This document shows, piece after piece, positions 46,814 to 57,190 of a stretch of 64,000 bases of DNA. Origin of the DNA: Caldisericaceae bacterium (GTDB lineage Bacteria > Caldisericota > Caldisericia > Caldisericales > Caldisericaceae); the NCBI GenBank assembly GCA_049967855.1, contig JBMFRX010000003.1:35259-99258 (forward strand), written 5' to 3'. Positions within the stretch are counted from its first letter, which is position 1. Every line of letters begins with the position of its first letter. Position numbers and translations under genes: made by a program. Below the pieces are notes generated by a model. It was not told where the DNA came from. It ran no database searches and was given only the letters and a program-made list of their open reading frames with translations.

Positions 46814-47935
46814 AGAAACTACCGCAAGGATTCCGCCAAAAACAAAGGGAGAACTTGGAGCTATGTACTGGTAAAGCACACCTGCTATAAAAGACGCTGG
46901 AAACGCCATTATACCTACTCCAAAATTGTAAATTCCATAAGCAGTTCCTCTTGATTCATCGTCTGTGACTAAATCTGCGACAAACGCCTTTTGTGCTCCT
47001 TCTGTAAGAGCATAGTAAACTGCATACACACAAAAGAAAATCCATAGCGAAGAAACACTCTTTGTTATAGCAAAGCCAAGATAAGCCAGCCCATATACTG
47101 CATAACCTGCAATGATTGTTCTCTTTCTTCCAATTTTATCGGAAAGCGCTCCCAATGGTGTCGAAAGCAAGCCATAGACTGTAGAATGAAGAGCCCACAG
47201 CGCAAGAATTGTAGTGGCTGCAAGACCTAGATTCCCAGAATACATTGTTATGAATGCATCGGAACTATTGCCCAAAGTGAAAATAGCAATAACAGTAATA
47301 AAAAAGTAAAATCGCTTCCCAAGAGCAAAACTGGATGATTTTTTTGACTCCTTGATTACCTCTTTGAACTGCTGCTCTTTCACAAAAAGCATCAAAATAA
47401 TGGCAATGAATGCAGGGATAAGAGCGAACTTAAAAACTGACTGGAAATTTGTTTTGCCGAATTTATTAAGCACCCAGATTCCAAGCAAAGGACCAACAGC
47501 TGCTCCAAGCGTATCAAGTGCGCGATGCAAACCAAAATTCAAGCCACGATTCGTTTCGTCAGTATAAGAAGAAATTAGAGCATCTCTCGGTGCAGTTCTT
47601 ATTCCCTTACCTATTCTTTCGGTTACCCTGATAATCAAAACTCCTACGGGTGTTGTTGTGAAGGGCAAAAATATTTTTGTAACAGTTGATTCTGCATACC
47701 CAATAAAAGTGAGCCATTTTCTGTTTTTGAATCTGTCAGAGATATAGCCAGCAATTATTTTGAATAAGGAAGATGTACTCTCAGCCAAACCTTCGATTAA
47801 GCCTATGAACTCTCCTCCTGCACCAATTGACTCAAGAAAAAGAGGCAAAACCTTAGTAATCATCTCCGATGAGACATCAGTAAAAAAGCTTACCAGTCCA
47901 AGCAATACAACGTTAAAATTGATTCGTTTTTTCAT
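46790..47935 (-). CDS. MFS transporter
   Basis: SFFTDVSSEM, GYISDR, GKGIRTAPRDALI, GALSDKIGRK; start set to ATG 47935 after SD GGAGG. Confidence 0.9.
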   Translation of the reverse strand: MKKRINFNVVLLGLVSFFTDVSSEMITKVLPLFLESIGAGGEFIGLIEGLAESTSSLFKIIAGYISDRFKNRKWLTFIGYAESTVTKIFLPFTTTPVGVLIIRVTERIGKGIRTAPRDALISSYTDETNRGLNFGLHRALDTLGAAVGPLLGIWVLNKFGKTNFQSVFKFALIPAFIAIILMLFVKEQQFKEVIKESKKSSSFALGKRFYFFITVIAIFTLGNSSDAFITMYSGNLGLAATTILALWALHSTVYGLLSTPLGALSDKIGRKRTIIAGYAVYGLAYLGFAITKSVSSLWIFFCVYAVYYALTEGAQKAFVADLVTDDESRGTAYGIYNFGVGIMAFPASFIAGVLYQYIAPSSPFVFGGILAVVSSALILFV

Positions 47936-49904
47936 TAAAACCTCCCAGGAATTCGTATCCTTTAAAATTCCTTGCAAATTTTCTAAAATCTTCTGATTTA
48001 ATAGTTTCAAGTACTAACCGAATATCGGGCTTTCTGAGCTCTTCTTTAAGTACAATTAGGTCGTATTCCTCATCTTTTATGTTAACAAAGTCCAAATCAA
48101 AAAGTCTTGCAACGTATTCAATACCTACTCCGCAATCAGCATTTCCAAGCTTCACAGCGTTAGCAACACCCAGATGTGTGTATTCCTCGTAATCGTATCC
48201 ATTTACCCGCATCTCATCGATACCATTTTCTCTCAGCAAATAATCAAAAAGGACTCTTGTACCTGAACCTTTTTGCCTGTTTACAAACTTCACGTCAGGC
48301 CTCACAAGGTCGCTTATTGAATTAATATTTTTAGGATTATTCTTTTTGACAATGAGCCCTTGTTTTCTTAAACTAAAATTAATTACTAGAGCTTCTTTTG
48401 AAAGGTACTTTTTAATGAACGTTTTGTTATAGGTACCTGTTTCAGCGTCAAAGAGATGGACCGAGGAAATTGAACATTCCCCATTTTCCATCGCAAGAAG
48501 CCCGCCGAAGCTTCCTGCGTTTACAACACCAACTCTAAAGTCAGGATTGCGCCTTGCAGTAAAATCAAAAAGTGCATTCAGAAGAGGGTCATTGCTTCCA
48601 ATGAACAACAGTTGATTTCTTACATAGTTCTCCGGTCTAAAAAGGTCTACGGTTATTCTTGTTCCACTTTCAATTCCCTCAAGGTTCTCAGGAATGGCAA
48701 AAATACCATCAGCTTCCGTTACACTTGAAAGAACCCCTGCTCCTTTTTTCAGAGGGACAGCAATAATCTGTCCACTAACATCGGCAACTTTAACGCGTAT
48801 GAACTCTTTTACTCCCACAGATGACGGTATTGGCCTTAATACTAAAGCATCAATAGAACCAAACGTTTTGTTTGGTTCAGTGAAAATTTCAATGGCGCTC
48901 TTAAGAAAGAATTGCGCATCCAAAAAACACGAAACAGGAAACCCTGGCATCCCAAGAATGGGTTTATCATTTATGCTCCCAATTAAGAGCGGTTTGCCAG
49001 GTTGAATGGAAAGCCCGTGAACTAATACTTTCCCGACAGATGAAACGATTTTTGAAACAAGATCTTTCGTTCCTTTGGCAGAGCCTCCGATTACAACGAT
49101 AATGTGGGCCTTATCAAAATTATATTTTATAGCATTTGCAATTTTATTCTCGTCGTTTGGGAGTACATCGGTTACATACCCAATCCCTTGAGAATCCTCA
49201 ACCATTGCCTTGAGCATATACGAATTAGTATCAAAAATGTCACCTTTCTCGAGCTTTTCAAAAGGATGCTTAATCTCCTCCCCTGTCGGGATTATGCAAA
49301 CTACAGGCTTTTCTTTCACGTACAGACTGTCGACACCTCCTGCTAGCATAATCGATATATGCTCAGGACGTATTTTTTGATTAGGGTGCACAAGAGTATC
49401 GCCAGCTGAAAAGTCATCCCCAATCAACCTTACATTCCTGAATGGAGCAACAGGAAAAGGAACTTTAATTGACTCACCACTCTGAAAATTATCATTCGAC
49501 AGCACTTTCACGCTATTGATTTTGCTTTCATTGATTTCCTCAAGCTTGTTCCCAGCAAAAACGTCTTCAATCATAACGACCGAATCAAATCCATCAGGCA
49601 TTGCATCACCTGTATTAACTGGTATTGCACCAACTCCTATCACAAGTTCTTTTGGATTCTTGATATCCGCAAGAAAAGTTTCACTGGAATGAACAGCAAA
49701 ACCGTCAACTGCCGACGCATTGTAAGAAGGAGATGATAGTTTCGAGACCACTTCTTGCGATGAAACTCTTCCAAGAGAGTCAAAAACAGATATTTTCTCT
49801 TCTTTCAATGGATATTTTGCAACATACGTTTTAATCAGAGACTGCCATACGCCAAGTGCTTCTTCAAGAGAACGCTTTTTCAGAAATATTTCTCTATCTA
49901 CCAT
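47913..49904 (-). CDS. Molybdopterin biosynthesis protein MoeA fused to a C-terminal PBP (LysR substrate-binding-like) domain
   Basis: SAVDGFAV, IIPTGEE, IQPGKP, MPGFPVS; C-terminal GSNDP, GSFGGL, NRQKGSGTR, THLGVA. Confidence 0.9.
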   Translation of the reverse strand: MVDREIFLKKRSLEEALGVWQSLIKTYVAKYPLKEEKISVFDSLGRVSSQEVVSKLSSPSYNASAVDGFAVHSSETFLADIKNPKELVIGVGAIPVNTGDAMPDGFDSVVMIEDVFAGNKLEEINESKINSVKVLSNDNFQSGESIKVPFPVAPFRNVRLIGDDFSAGDTLVHPNQKIRPEHISIMLAGGVDSLYVKEKPVVCIIPTGEEIKHPFEKLEKGDIFDTNSYMLKAMVEDSQGIGYVTDVLPNDENKIANAIKYNFDKAHIIVVIGGSAKGTKDLVSKIVSSVGKVLVHGLSIQPGKPLLIGSINDKPILGMPGFPVSCFLDAQFFLKSAIEIFTEPNKTFGSIDALVLRPIPSSVGVKEFIRVKVADVSGQIIAVPLKKGAGVLSSVTEADGIFAIPENLEGIESGTRITVDLFRPENYVRNQLLFIGSNDPLLNALFDFTARRNPDFRVGVVNAGSFGGLLAMENGECSISSVHLFDAETGTYNKTFIKKYLSKEALVINFSLRKQGLIVKKNNPKNINSISDLVRPDVKFVNRQKGSGTRVLFDYLLRENGIDEMRVNGYDYEEYTHLGVANAVKLGNADCGVGIEYVARLFDLDFVNIKDEEYDLIVLKEELRKPDIRLVLETIKSEDFRKFARNFKGYEFLGGFNEKTNQF

Positions 49905-51121
49905 AATTCAAACCTCACTTTCTCTCCTTTGTAAAGCCCTTCCCTGTCAGAAGGGATCATAAAAAATCCGTCTCCTTTGCTGATTGCACTTACAAAAGCT
50001 GAATCAGAAAAAATAGGAGATATCAAAACCCTTTCAGCAGTTATACCCATTTTTCCAATGACAATTTCGCCACGTCCCTTTTTTGAAGGCACATTCTCAG
50101 CTAATTCGCCAATCACGGTAATGTGAGGAAAAATGAGAGACAGTTTTTTTGCCAAGAGGTCTCTTACAATAACCCTGTAAATTAACGCAGAAGCCAAAGG
50201 GTTGCCTGACAAGCCTACAACAAGTTTTCCATTTACTACACCAAATACCGTTGGTTTTCCAGGAGATATGTTCAGGCCATGTACAACGACTCCAGGAGAC
50301 CCAAGCGAGTTTATTATAGAAACAGTAAAATCAAAATTCCCCTTGCTCGTTCCTCCGCTCATTATTACAACATCGTTTTCCTTAATGGCGCTTCCGAGAG
50401 TCCTAACAAGAGCTCCTTTTTCATCAGCAATAATCCCATAATCAGTTGGCAAGAAGCCGTCATTTGAAATCATACTCAGCAGGGTTATCCTGTTGTAATC
50501 GTAGATCTTGCCGAAAGGCAAAGGATGCTTTTCTGTCAGTTCATCACCAGTTGAGAAAATGCCTACTTTGATTGGTTTGAACACACTTACCACAGAAACT
50601 GCCGCACTTTTTATCATTCCTATTGTATTTGCGGTTATCCTCTCGCCCTTCTTTGCTATCAACTCGTTGCTCCTCACATCGACTCCACGCATAAGAACAT
50701 TTTCGTTACGTGCAACGTCTTTCATCACAAAAACAGTTCTTGAAAGAGTATCCGCGTATTCTTTCATAACAACGCTGTCAGCTCCTTCAGGCAAATACCC
50801 TCCAGTGGGAACAAAGATTGCACCACCTTTATCTAGCTTGAGCTTTGGCTTCTCTCCTATTTTGATTTCACCCTGGAGAGAAAGCATCACAGGGTTCGAT
50901 GCACTTGCACCTTTTACGTCGGTATAATTTACTGCAAACCCATCCACCAGAGATTTGTCAAATGGAGGAATATCGACGAAAGAATATAGATCAGCTGCTA
51001 AAAATCTTCCGAGTGAATAATCTAAAGGCACTTCTTCGGATGAAACATCCAAGTGAAAGAGTGGAAGGAGTTTTTTAAAAATTTCTTGAATCTCAATTAC
51101 TTTGAGAAATTTCTCGCCCAT
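49898..51121 (-). CDS. moeA: Molybdopterin molybdo-/tungstotransferase MoeA
   Basis: PPFDKSLVDGFAV, PTGG..PEGADSVVMKE, STGDEL, SGGTSKG..D, PGKP, LSGNP. Confidence 0.92.
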   Translation of the reverse strand: MGEKFLKVIEIQEIFKKLLPLFHLDVSSEEVPLDYSLGRFLAADLYSFVDIPPFDKSLVDGFAVNYTDVKGASASNPVMLSLQGEIKIGEKPKLKLDKGGAIFVPTGGYLPEGADSVVMKEYADTLSRTVFVMKDVARNENVLMRGVDVRSNELIAKKGERITANTIGMIKSAAVSVVSVFKPIKVGIFSTGDELTEKHPLPFGKIYDYNRITLLSMISNDGFLPTDYGIIADEKGALVRTLGSAIKENDVVIMSGGTSKGNFDFTVSIINSLGSPGVVVHGLNISPGKPTVFGVVNGKLVVGLSGNPLASALIYRVIVRDLLAKKLSLIFPHITVIGELAENVPSKKGRGEIVIGKMGITAERVLISPIFSDSAFVSAISKGDGFFMIPSDREGLYKGEKVRFELW

Positions 51122-51957
51122 ATCAGCAGCTCATCAATAACGTCTTCCATACTGAGATTGATGCCAAGGTCAGCTTTTCCAAAGATAGGGGCCTTTGCGT
51201 CTGTATTGAAGGCGACAATATGTTTGGCGTTTACCTGGGTAAGATGCTGAATTGCTCCAGAAACACCAAAGGCAATATACAAATCAGGCTTAATGGAAAT
51301 GCCTGTATCGCCTACAACCCTATCCTGTCCCATAAGCCCGCTGTCTGCAACAGGACGTGTGCAGCAGATTTCGGCGTTTATAAGAGAAGCAAACTGCCTA
51401 ACTTTTGGTAAAATGCTTTCTCTAACACCCCTGCCAACACAAACGACTACCCTTGCTTCGCTCAAAGGGTTGAGCGGCAAAGGATTGCTCGCGATGAAAG
51501 CAATAGATTTTGTTTTTTCATACCTCACTTTGGTTGGGCTATCACAACTATTATAGTTATAACCTTGTTTGCTGCTGAATATCATAAGTGAAGGTTTTGT
51601 TTTTGAACTAACAAGAGCCTCGAAGTTGTCCCATCCAAGAACTTTGCCCATTACTATTCCGTTATTACTTATTATCTCGTTACTATGAGCAATAAGCCCA
51701 AGTCCCAATTTACCCGCAAAAATCATAGCCGATTCCTTCACGACTGTTTCATCAGAAAAAACAATCAAATCATACGAAAGTATGTCGGGAATACTCGACA
51801 AAAATGCATATCCATCAAATGGGTTTTCGACTTTCGCAAAAGGAACAAAATCGACCGAAGCGTCTTCGAGAAAACTTGCATAAACAACTTCGCCAAAACT
51901 ATCAAAAGTGTTTATTCCAACAGGATTTCTGCTCTTAAATACTGATAAAACCTTCAT
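51097..51957 (-). CDS. etfA: Electron transfer flavoprotein alpha subunit (FixB-like, divergent)
   Basis: C-terminal VGRGV, TRPVADSG, VGDTG, PDLYIAFGVSGAIQH, NTDAKAPIF. Confidence 0.85.
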   Translation of the reverse strand: MKVLSVFKSRNPVGINTFDSFGEVVYASFLEDASVDFVPFAKVENPFDGYAFLSSIPDILSYDLIVFSDETVVKESAMIFAGKLGLGLIAHSNEIISNNGIVMGKVLGWDNFEALVSSKTKPSLMIFSSKQGYNYNSCDSPTKVRYEKTKSIAFIASNPLPLNPLSEARVVVCVGRGVRESILPKVRQFASLINAEICCTRPVADSGLMGQDRVVGDTGISIKPDLYIAFGVSGAIQHLTQVNAKHIVAFNTDAKAPIFGKADLGINLSMEDVIDELLIWARNFSK

Positions 51958-52730
51958 ATCAACCCACCTGAATGATTCACAAGCTCAGAAAGAGCTTCCA
52001 TCCAATCTTCTTTGACAATTTTGTTACCACTGCAAAGTTCAATCTGGTCAACTCCGTTAACAACGGTCTTTGAGTCATCAGCTCCATTAAAGACATCTTT
52101 TAGTCCAAGCTCTAAAGCATTGTACACTTCAACTCTTCTGCCCTGCGATTCTAGAATTGAGCCAATATTGGGTGATATTCCATCATTGATTGAACCATCA
52201 CACGCAAGAAGCAACGGCATTTTAACATTGAACGTTTCAAGCTCGTGCTCAGAATTTTGCCTTTTGACTAAAACAGATTTCTCAACAAAGGAAAAATTCC
52301 ACACTCCTGTTACAAAAGGAATGTTCAGCATTGATGATACCTCTCCGCTGAGCTGTCCTGTAAGTCCGTCCGTTGAAAAATTGCCTGCAAGGATTATGTC
52401 AAAATCACCTGCAAGCATTTGAATTGCCTTACTGATGACAAAAGCCGTTGCATAGGCATCTGACCCTGCAAAAGTGGCGTCACTCAACTGTAAAACTCTG
52501 TCAACTTCAAAGTAGAAAAGCCTGCTCAGCAGGAGCTCATCTTTGGCAGGCGCCATAGACACAACAGTAATTGTGCTTCCATTAAACAATCTCTTGATTT
52601 TAACCGCTTCCTTCAAAGCATGCATATCAAGTGGGTTAAAAATTGAATCGCCTGCTCTCTTTATTCTCAGAGATGCTGGGTCAAAAAAAATCTTTTCAGG
52701 AACAACTTTCACCAATACAACAATTTTCAA
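51954..52730 (-). CDS. etfB: Electron transfer flavoprotein beta subunit (FixA-like, divergent)
   Basis: KIVVLVKVVP, NPLD, SDATFAGSD, STDGLTGQ; TTG start. Confidence 0.85.
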   Translation of the reverse strand: MKIVVLVKVVPEKIFFDPASLRIKRAGDSIFNPLDMHALKEAVKIKRLFNGSTITVVSMAPAKDELLLSRLFYFEVDRVLQLSDATFAGSDAYATAFVISKAIQMLAGDFDIILAGNFSTDGLTGQLSGEVSSMLNIPFVTGVWNFSFVEKSVLVKRQNSEHELETFNVKMPLLLACDGSINDGISPNIGSILESQGRRVEVYNALELGLKDVFNGADDSKTVVNGVDQIELCSGNKIVKEDWMEALSELVNHSGGLI

Positions 52731-53647
52731 TTGCAGCCTCCCAATCTTTCGCCTTTGTTTAGCCTATATCCGTTAAGGAAATTTCTTGCAAGCATTCTCT
52801 TTTTGCCTTCCGGGATTACTTCTTCTACTTTCACTGCTCCTCTTCCGCATTTTACAACAAAGAAATCTCTTGATACTTCGCAAACTGTGCCAGGTTCAGC
52901 TTCACAGTCAAAATCAATGATTTCTGCTTTCACGATTTTCAATATACGGTTCCTTAGAAAAGTATAAGCAAGAGGTTTAGGGTATAGAGCCCTTATAGAA
53001 TTACAAATTGAGGTAGCATCTTTTTCCCAGTTAATCAACTCATCTTCTTTGCTTATTTTCTTTGCATATGTGGGAATTCCTTCTTGTCTCTTGTAAGAGC
53101 AGTTGCCGTGAGAAACAAGTCTAATTGCCTCTTGGAGAAGTGGAACACCAACTTCAACGACACGCTTCTCGACACTTTCTTTTGTATCGTAAGGAGTAAT
53201 TTGGAATTCCTTGCTTAAAAGAATGTCACCTGCATCCAGCTCATTTGAAACCTTAATGACTGAAACGGCTGATTCTGTTACGCCTTCCATAATTTGCCTT
53301 TCTATTGGTGCAGCGCCTCTGTACAAAGGAACTTTTGATGGATGAACATTTACTGCACAACTAACAATACCTAAAACACTCGCAGGGATTATTTTGCCGA
53401 ATGAAACGACAACAAAAATATCTGGCTTGGCCTCTTTGATTGAATCAATAACCGCCTGGTCAAATTTATTTACCGATACAAACTTTATTGAGTGTTCCAT
53501 AGCAAAGGCTTTTACTGGGTTAATCAAAATCCTATTACCACGCCCAGCAATTTTATCAACAGTAGTAACTACAATTACAACATCATTTGCTATACTTTTC
53601 AGAAATGGAACGGCAAATTCGTTTGAACCAAAAAAAGCTATTCTCAT
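52727..53647 (-). CDS. fmt: Methionyl-tRNA formyltransferase
   Basis: FFGSNEFA, NVHPS..P.YRGAAPI, LDAGD, YAKKISKE. Confidence 0.95.
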   Translation of the reverse strand: MRIAFFGSNEFAVPFLKSIANDVVIVVTTVDKIAGRGNRILINPVKAFAMEHSIKFVSVNKFDQAVIDSIKEAKPDIFVVVSFGKIIPASVLGIVSCAVNVHPSKVPLYRGAAPIERQIMEGVTESAVSVIKVSNELDAGDILLSKEFQITPYDTKESVEKRVVEVGVPLLQEAIRLVSHGNCSYKRQEGIPTYAKKISKEDELINWEKDATSICNSIRALYPKPLAYTFLRNRILKIVKAEIIDFDCEAEPGTVCEVSRDFFVVKCGRGAVKVEEVIPEGKKRMLARNFLNGYRLNKGERLGGCN

Positions 53648-54150
53648 TTTTCAAGAATTTTCTCTATAAGTTCTTCGGGAACTTCATGCCCTTCCTCTAC
53701 ATATAGATTATCTATGCTGTCAACATAATCAGTAAAAAGAATGCCATTCAGGTGGTCTGTCTCGTGTTGGAAGACTCTTGCTTTCAGACCAGTTACTTCG
53801 TATTTTACTCTGTTTCCTTTACCATCAATCCCCCTAACAATCACTTTTTCAGCCCTCTCTATCGGTGCGTAAATACCTGGCACAGATAGACATCCCTCTT
53901 CTCCAATCTCACTACCGCTTCTATCAATAATCTCTGGATTTATTACCACCCCTTCATCATCATCCAGTTTGTAAACAAAAAGGGCTATATTCAGCCCAAC
54001 TTGCGTAGCAGCAAGTCCCACGCCTTTTGGGCTGCTCTCTTCCATTGTCCTAAACATGCTGTCAATTGTCTCAAGCAATGCCTTATCAATGTTCTTTATT
54101 CTCTTTGCTTTTTTGCGAAGAATAGGATTGCCATATGTATAAATCTTCAT
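53644..54150 (-). CDS. def: Peptide deformylase
   Basis: GVGLAATQ, EGCLS, QHETDHLNG. Confidence 0.97.
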   Translation of the reverse strand: MKIYTYGNPILRKKAKRIKNIDKALLETIDSMFRTMEESSPKGVGLAATQVGLNIALFVYKLDDDEGVVINPEIIDRSGSEIGEEGCLSVPGIYAPIERAEKVIVRGIDGKGNRVKYEVTGLKARVFQHETDHLNGILFTDYVDSIDNLYVEEGHEVPEELIEKILEK

Positions 54151-54719
54151 ATCTTTACACTTCCTTCTCTAACAACTATTGGGGCCTCTCCTGTGCAATC
54201 AACAACCGTCGAAGGAGAACCACTCATTTCAATATTATAATCAAATTGCACAAAATAAACATCTCCTGAAAAAGTTTTTTTTACTTCCCGTTTTGTTTTG
54301 AGAGGAGCTCTTCCTGAAATATTCGCACTTGTATTCAATATCGGCACATCTAAATATGCAAGAAATTCAAGAAGAGCATACGCCTTAGGAATCCTTACGC
54401 CTATTGTATCACCGATGTTTCCGGGTGTAGTAAAAAGCCTCCCAGATGATTTGAGAATAATAGTCACGCTCCCAGGAAAGTGTTTTTCCATTAAATCAAA
54501 AGCGTAGTCTGGAATTAAAGAAGTGTACTCAAGAATCTCGCTCATTGAATAAGCAAGAAGATATAAGGGCTTATCAGGTGGCCTTGCTTTGATTTCAAAT
54601 AGCCTGCTCACGCTTAAATTATCAAGCCCGTTGCATCCGATTCCCATAACAGTATCTGTCTCAAAAGCAATAACCCCGTGTCCCTCAATCACCTTTTTTG
54701 CATCTTCAAAATTGTTCAT
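54147..54719 (-). CDS. tsaC: L-threonylcarbamoyladenylate synthase (YrdC domain only)
   Basis: TDTV.G, KARPPDKPL, GVRIP, TSANISG, PSTVVD, REG. Confidence 0.88.
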   Translation of the reverse strand: MNNFEDAKKVIEGHGVIAFETDTVMGIGCNGLDNLSVSRLFEIKARPPDKPLYLLAYSMSEILEYTSLIPDYAFDLMEKHFPGSVTIILKSSGRLFTTPGNIGDTIGVRIPKAYALLEFLAYLDVPILNTSANISGRAPLKTKREVKKTFSGDVYFVQFDYNIEMSGSPSTVVDCTGEAPIVVREGSVKI

Positions 54720-55549
54720 ATCTTTTCTCCGGATATAAATCTGTCAACGTTCCTTAGATCTTTAATGACTTTATTGTTAGTAAAACCTGTGGCTTCAAAC
54801 ATTGCTGATACTGAAGTCCCCATATCTTCATCAATCTCCAGAATCAAACGTCCTGAAGGATTCAGAAGCTCAAAAGACTTTTTAATGAGAACAGGGTAAA
54901 ACGCAAGCCCGTCCTTCCCTCCGTCGAGAGCCTCAATCGGCTCGAACTTAATTGCTTTCACCAGATCTGTTTTGACGTAAGGTGGATTTGAAAGTATTAA
55001 ATCAAACTTATGAACACAGTTAAAAGCTCTGAAGTCTGTCAGCACAAATTGCACCCTGCTCTCTAATGAAAGTCTTTTTGCGTTCTTTCTTGCGACTGTA
55101 AGCGCACTTTCGGAAATATCAATTGCGGTACCGCGTGATTGCTCATTTAGATGAAGAAAAGAAAGAATTATGCAACCGCTACCAGTCCCAATATCAAGGA
55201 CGTTTAAAGGTTTGCCATCTGAAGCTTTAAGTGCTTCTTCAACCAATGTCTCTGTCTCTGGTCTCGGTATCAGAACAGATTCATCAACTTCAAACTCTAT
55301 CCCCATAAACTCTTTTCTTCCTGTAATATAAAACAAAGGAAATCCTCTCTCCCGTTCTTGTGTGATACGGGAAATCTTTTCTTCCATTTCGCTATTTACA
55401 ACATAATCAGCACTGGCTGCGTATAAGCGTTCTTTTGGAATTCCTAATACAAAAGACAGGATGATGTAGGCTTCAACATCGGGTGCATCGGAAACAGACT
55501 CAAGTTCTTTTTTTACTGTTGCAGTTAGTTCTTTTATCGTCCTATTCAT
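54716..55549 (-). CDS. prmC: Release factor glutamine methyltransferase
   Basis: [30 protein letters not shown]. Confidence 0.96.
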   Translation of the reverse strand: MNRTIKELTATVKKELESVSDAPDVEAYIILSFVLGIPKERLYAASADYVVNSEMEEKISRITQERERGFPLFYITGRKEFMGIEFEVDESVLIPRPETETLVEEALKASDGKPLNVLDIGTGSGCIILSFLHLNEQSRGTAIDISESALTVARKNAKRLSLESRVQFVLTDFRAFNCVHKFDLILSNPPYVKTDLVKAIKFEPIEALDGGKDGLAFYPVLIKKSFELLNPSGRLILEIDEDMGTSVSAMFEATGFTNNKVIKDLRNVDRFISGEKI

Positions 55550-56618
55550 TAACTTCGCTTAACATTTCTTTCTGATTTTCTTCAATCAAGACATTTATTA
55601 GCTCGTCAATGTTTCCTTCCATTACACTCTGTATATTGTAAATTGAATAATTAACTCTGTGGTCAGTGACACGTCCCTGCGGGAAATTATAAGTCCTTAT
55701 TCTCTCGTTCCTGTTGCCCCTGCCTATCTGTGCCCTTCTTTCATTAACCCTCGCACTTTCAACCTCTTGCTCTTTAAGATCGTAGAGACGTGCACGCAGT
55801 ATTCTCATAGCTTTTGTTTTATTCTGTAGCTGAGAACGCTCGTCCTGACAGGTTACAATCATTCCAGTGGGTTTGTGTAATATCCTAACAGCCGTTGCAA
55901 CTTTCTGGACGTTCTGCCCACCATGGCCGCTTGAGTGAAAAATATCAATTCTTATATCATCTGGGTTTATTTCCACGTCAACATCTTCTGCCTCAGGCAA
56001 AACTGCAACAGTGGCAGTAGAAGTATGCACTCTTCCTGAGGCTTCTGTCTCTGGAACTCTCTGAACCCTGTGAACTCCACTTTCATATCTCAGGTATTTA
56101 TAGACATTCTTGCCAGTTATCGAGAAAACAATCTCTTTAAAGCCGCCAATATCTGTTGGGTGAGCATCAAGCACCTCTGTTTTCCAGCCTTTTCTTTCCG
56201 CATATCCCATATACATTCTGAACAGGTCTTTTGCAAAAAGCGCCGCTTCCTCACCACCAACGCCTGCTCTTATCTCAACTATTATGTTCTTTTCTTCAAG
56301 AGGGTCTTTAGGTATGAGAAGTTCTCTTATTTCTTCTAAAATCCCTTCTTCCTTATTCGTAAGCTCAGTGAGTTCTGCTTGCGCAAGCGAAGCCATTTCA
56401 GGCTCTTCTGATTTTGACAATTCTTCTGTACTTTTAATGTCTTCTTCTATGCTTGTGAGCTCTTTATACTTTTTGACAATCGGCTCAAGGTCCTTGATTT
56501 CTCTGGAATATTTCTTGAAAAGCTCGGCATCGTTAATAACAGAAGGATCTGACAAACTATGAGACAATTCTTCATAGCGTTGCAGGATTTTTTGGACTTT
56601 ATCAATCAATTGTATCAC
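55542..56618 (-). CDS. prfA: Peptide chain release factor 1
   Basis: [14 protein letters not shown] (PxT motif), [19 protein letters not shown]. Confidence 0.97.
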   Translation of the reverse strand: MIQLIDKVQKILQRYEELSHSLSDPSVINDAELFKKYSREIKDLEPIVKKYKELTSIEEDIKSTEELSKSEEPEMASLAQAELTELTNKEEGILEEIRELLIPKDPLEEKNIIVEIRAGVGGEEAALFAKDLFRMYMGYAERKGWKTEVLDAHPTDIGGFKEIVFSITGKNVYKYLRYESGVHRVQRVPETEASGRVHTSTATVAVLPEAEDVDVEINPDDIRIDIFHSSGHGGQNVQKVATAVRILHKPTGMIVTCQDERSQLQNKTKAMRILRARLYDLKEQEVESARVNERRAQIGRGNRNERIRTYNFPQGRVTDHRVNYSIYNIQSVMEGNIDELINVLIEENQKEMLSEVNE

Positions 56619-57190
56619 TCCTCTCTATCAATATAGTGATGCAACTTACAGCGAGCTTCATACTTTTCTTCAGATCCTATCATCAAAACTGGGTCCGAAT
56701 ATTTAGCAGGTTTACCATCAATTAGCCGTTGAGTCATAGTAGCTTCCTCTCCGCACACCATGCAAATTGCATGGAGCTTCAAAACTTCATCTGCTATCGC
56801 CATAAGAAAAGGCATCGGTCCAAAAGGTTCGCCTCTGAAATCCATATCAAGGCCAGCCAAAATAACTCTTTTGCCTCTCTTAGAAAGTTCCCTCGAAGCG
56901 TCTACCAGGCCCATATCGAAGAACTGAGATTCATCGACCCCCACAACATTTGTATCATTTTCAACTGCTTTTAGCAACTCTTCAGAGTTCGATACAGGAA
57001 TCGCTTCGATGCTTTCACCAGCATGAGAAACGACTTCTATTTTAGAATACCGCGTATCAACAACAGGCTTGAATACCTGAATATTCAAACGTGCAATACG
57101 TGCTCTTTTCAACCTTCGTATCAGTTCTTCGCTTTTTCCAGAGAACATACAACCTGTGACTACTTCAATTTTACCTATTCTATCTGTCAT
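56615..57190 (-). CDS. tdk: Thymidine kinase
   Basis: [35 protein letters not shown]. Confidence 0.96.
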   Translation of the reverse strand: MTDRIGKIEVVTGCMFSGKSEELIRRLKRARIARLNIQVFKPVVDTRYSKIEVVSHAGESIEAIPVSNSEELLKAVENDTNVVGVDESQFFDMGLVDASRELSKRGKRVILAGLDMDFRGEPFGPMPFLMAIADEVLKLHAICMVCGEEATMTQRLIDGKPAKYSDPVLMIGSEEKYEARCKLHHYIDREE

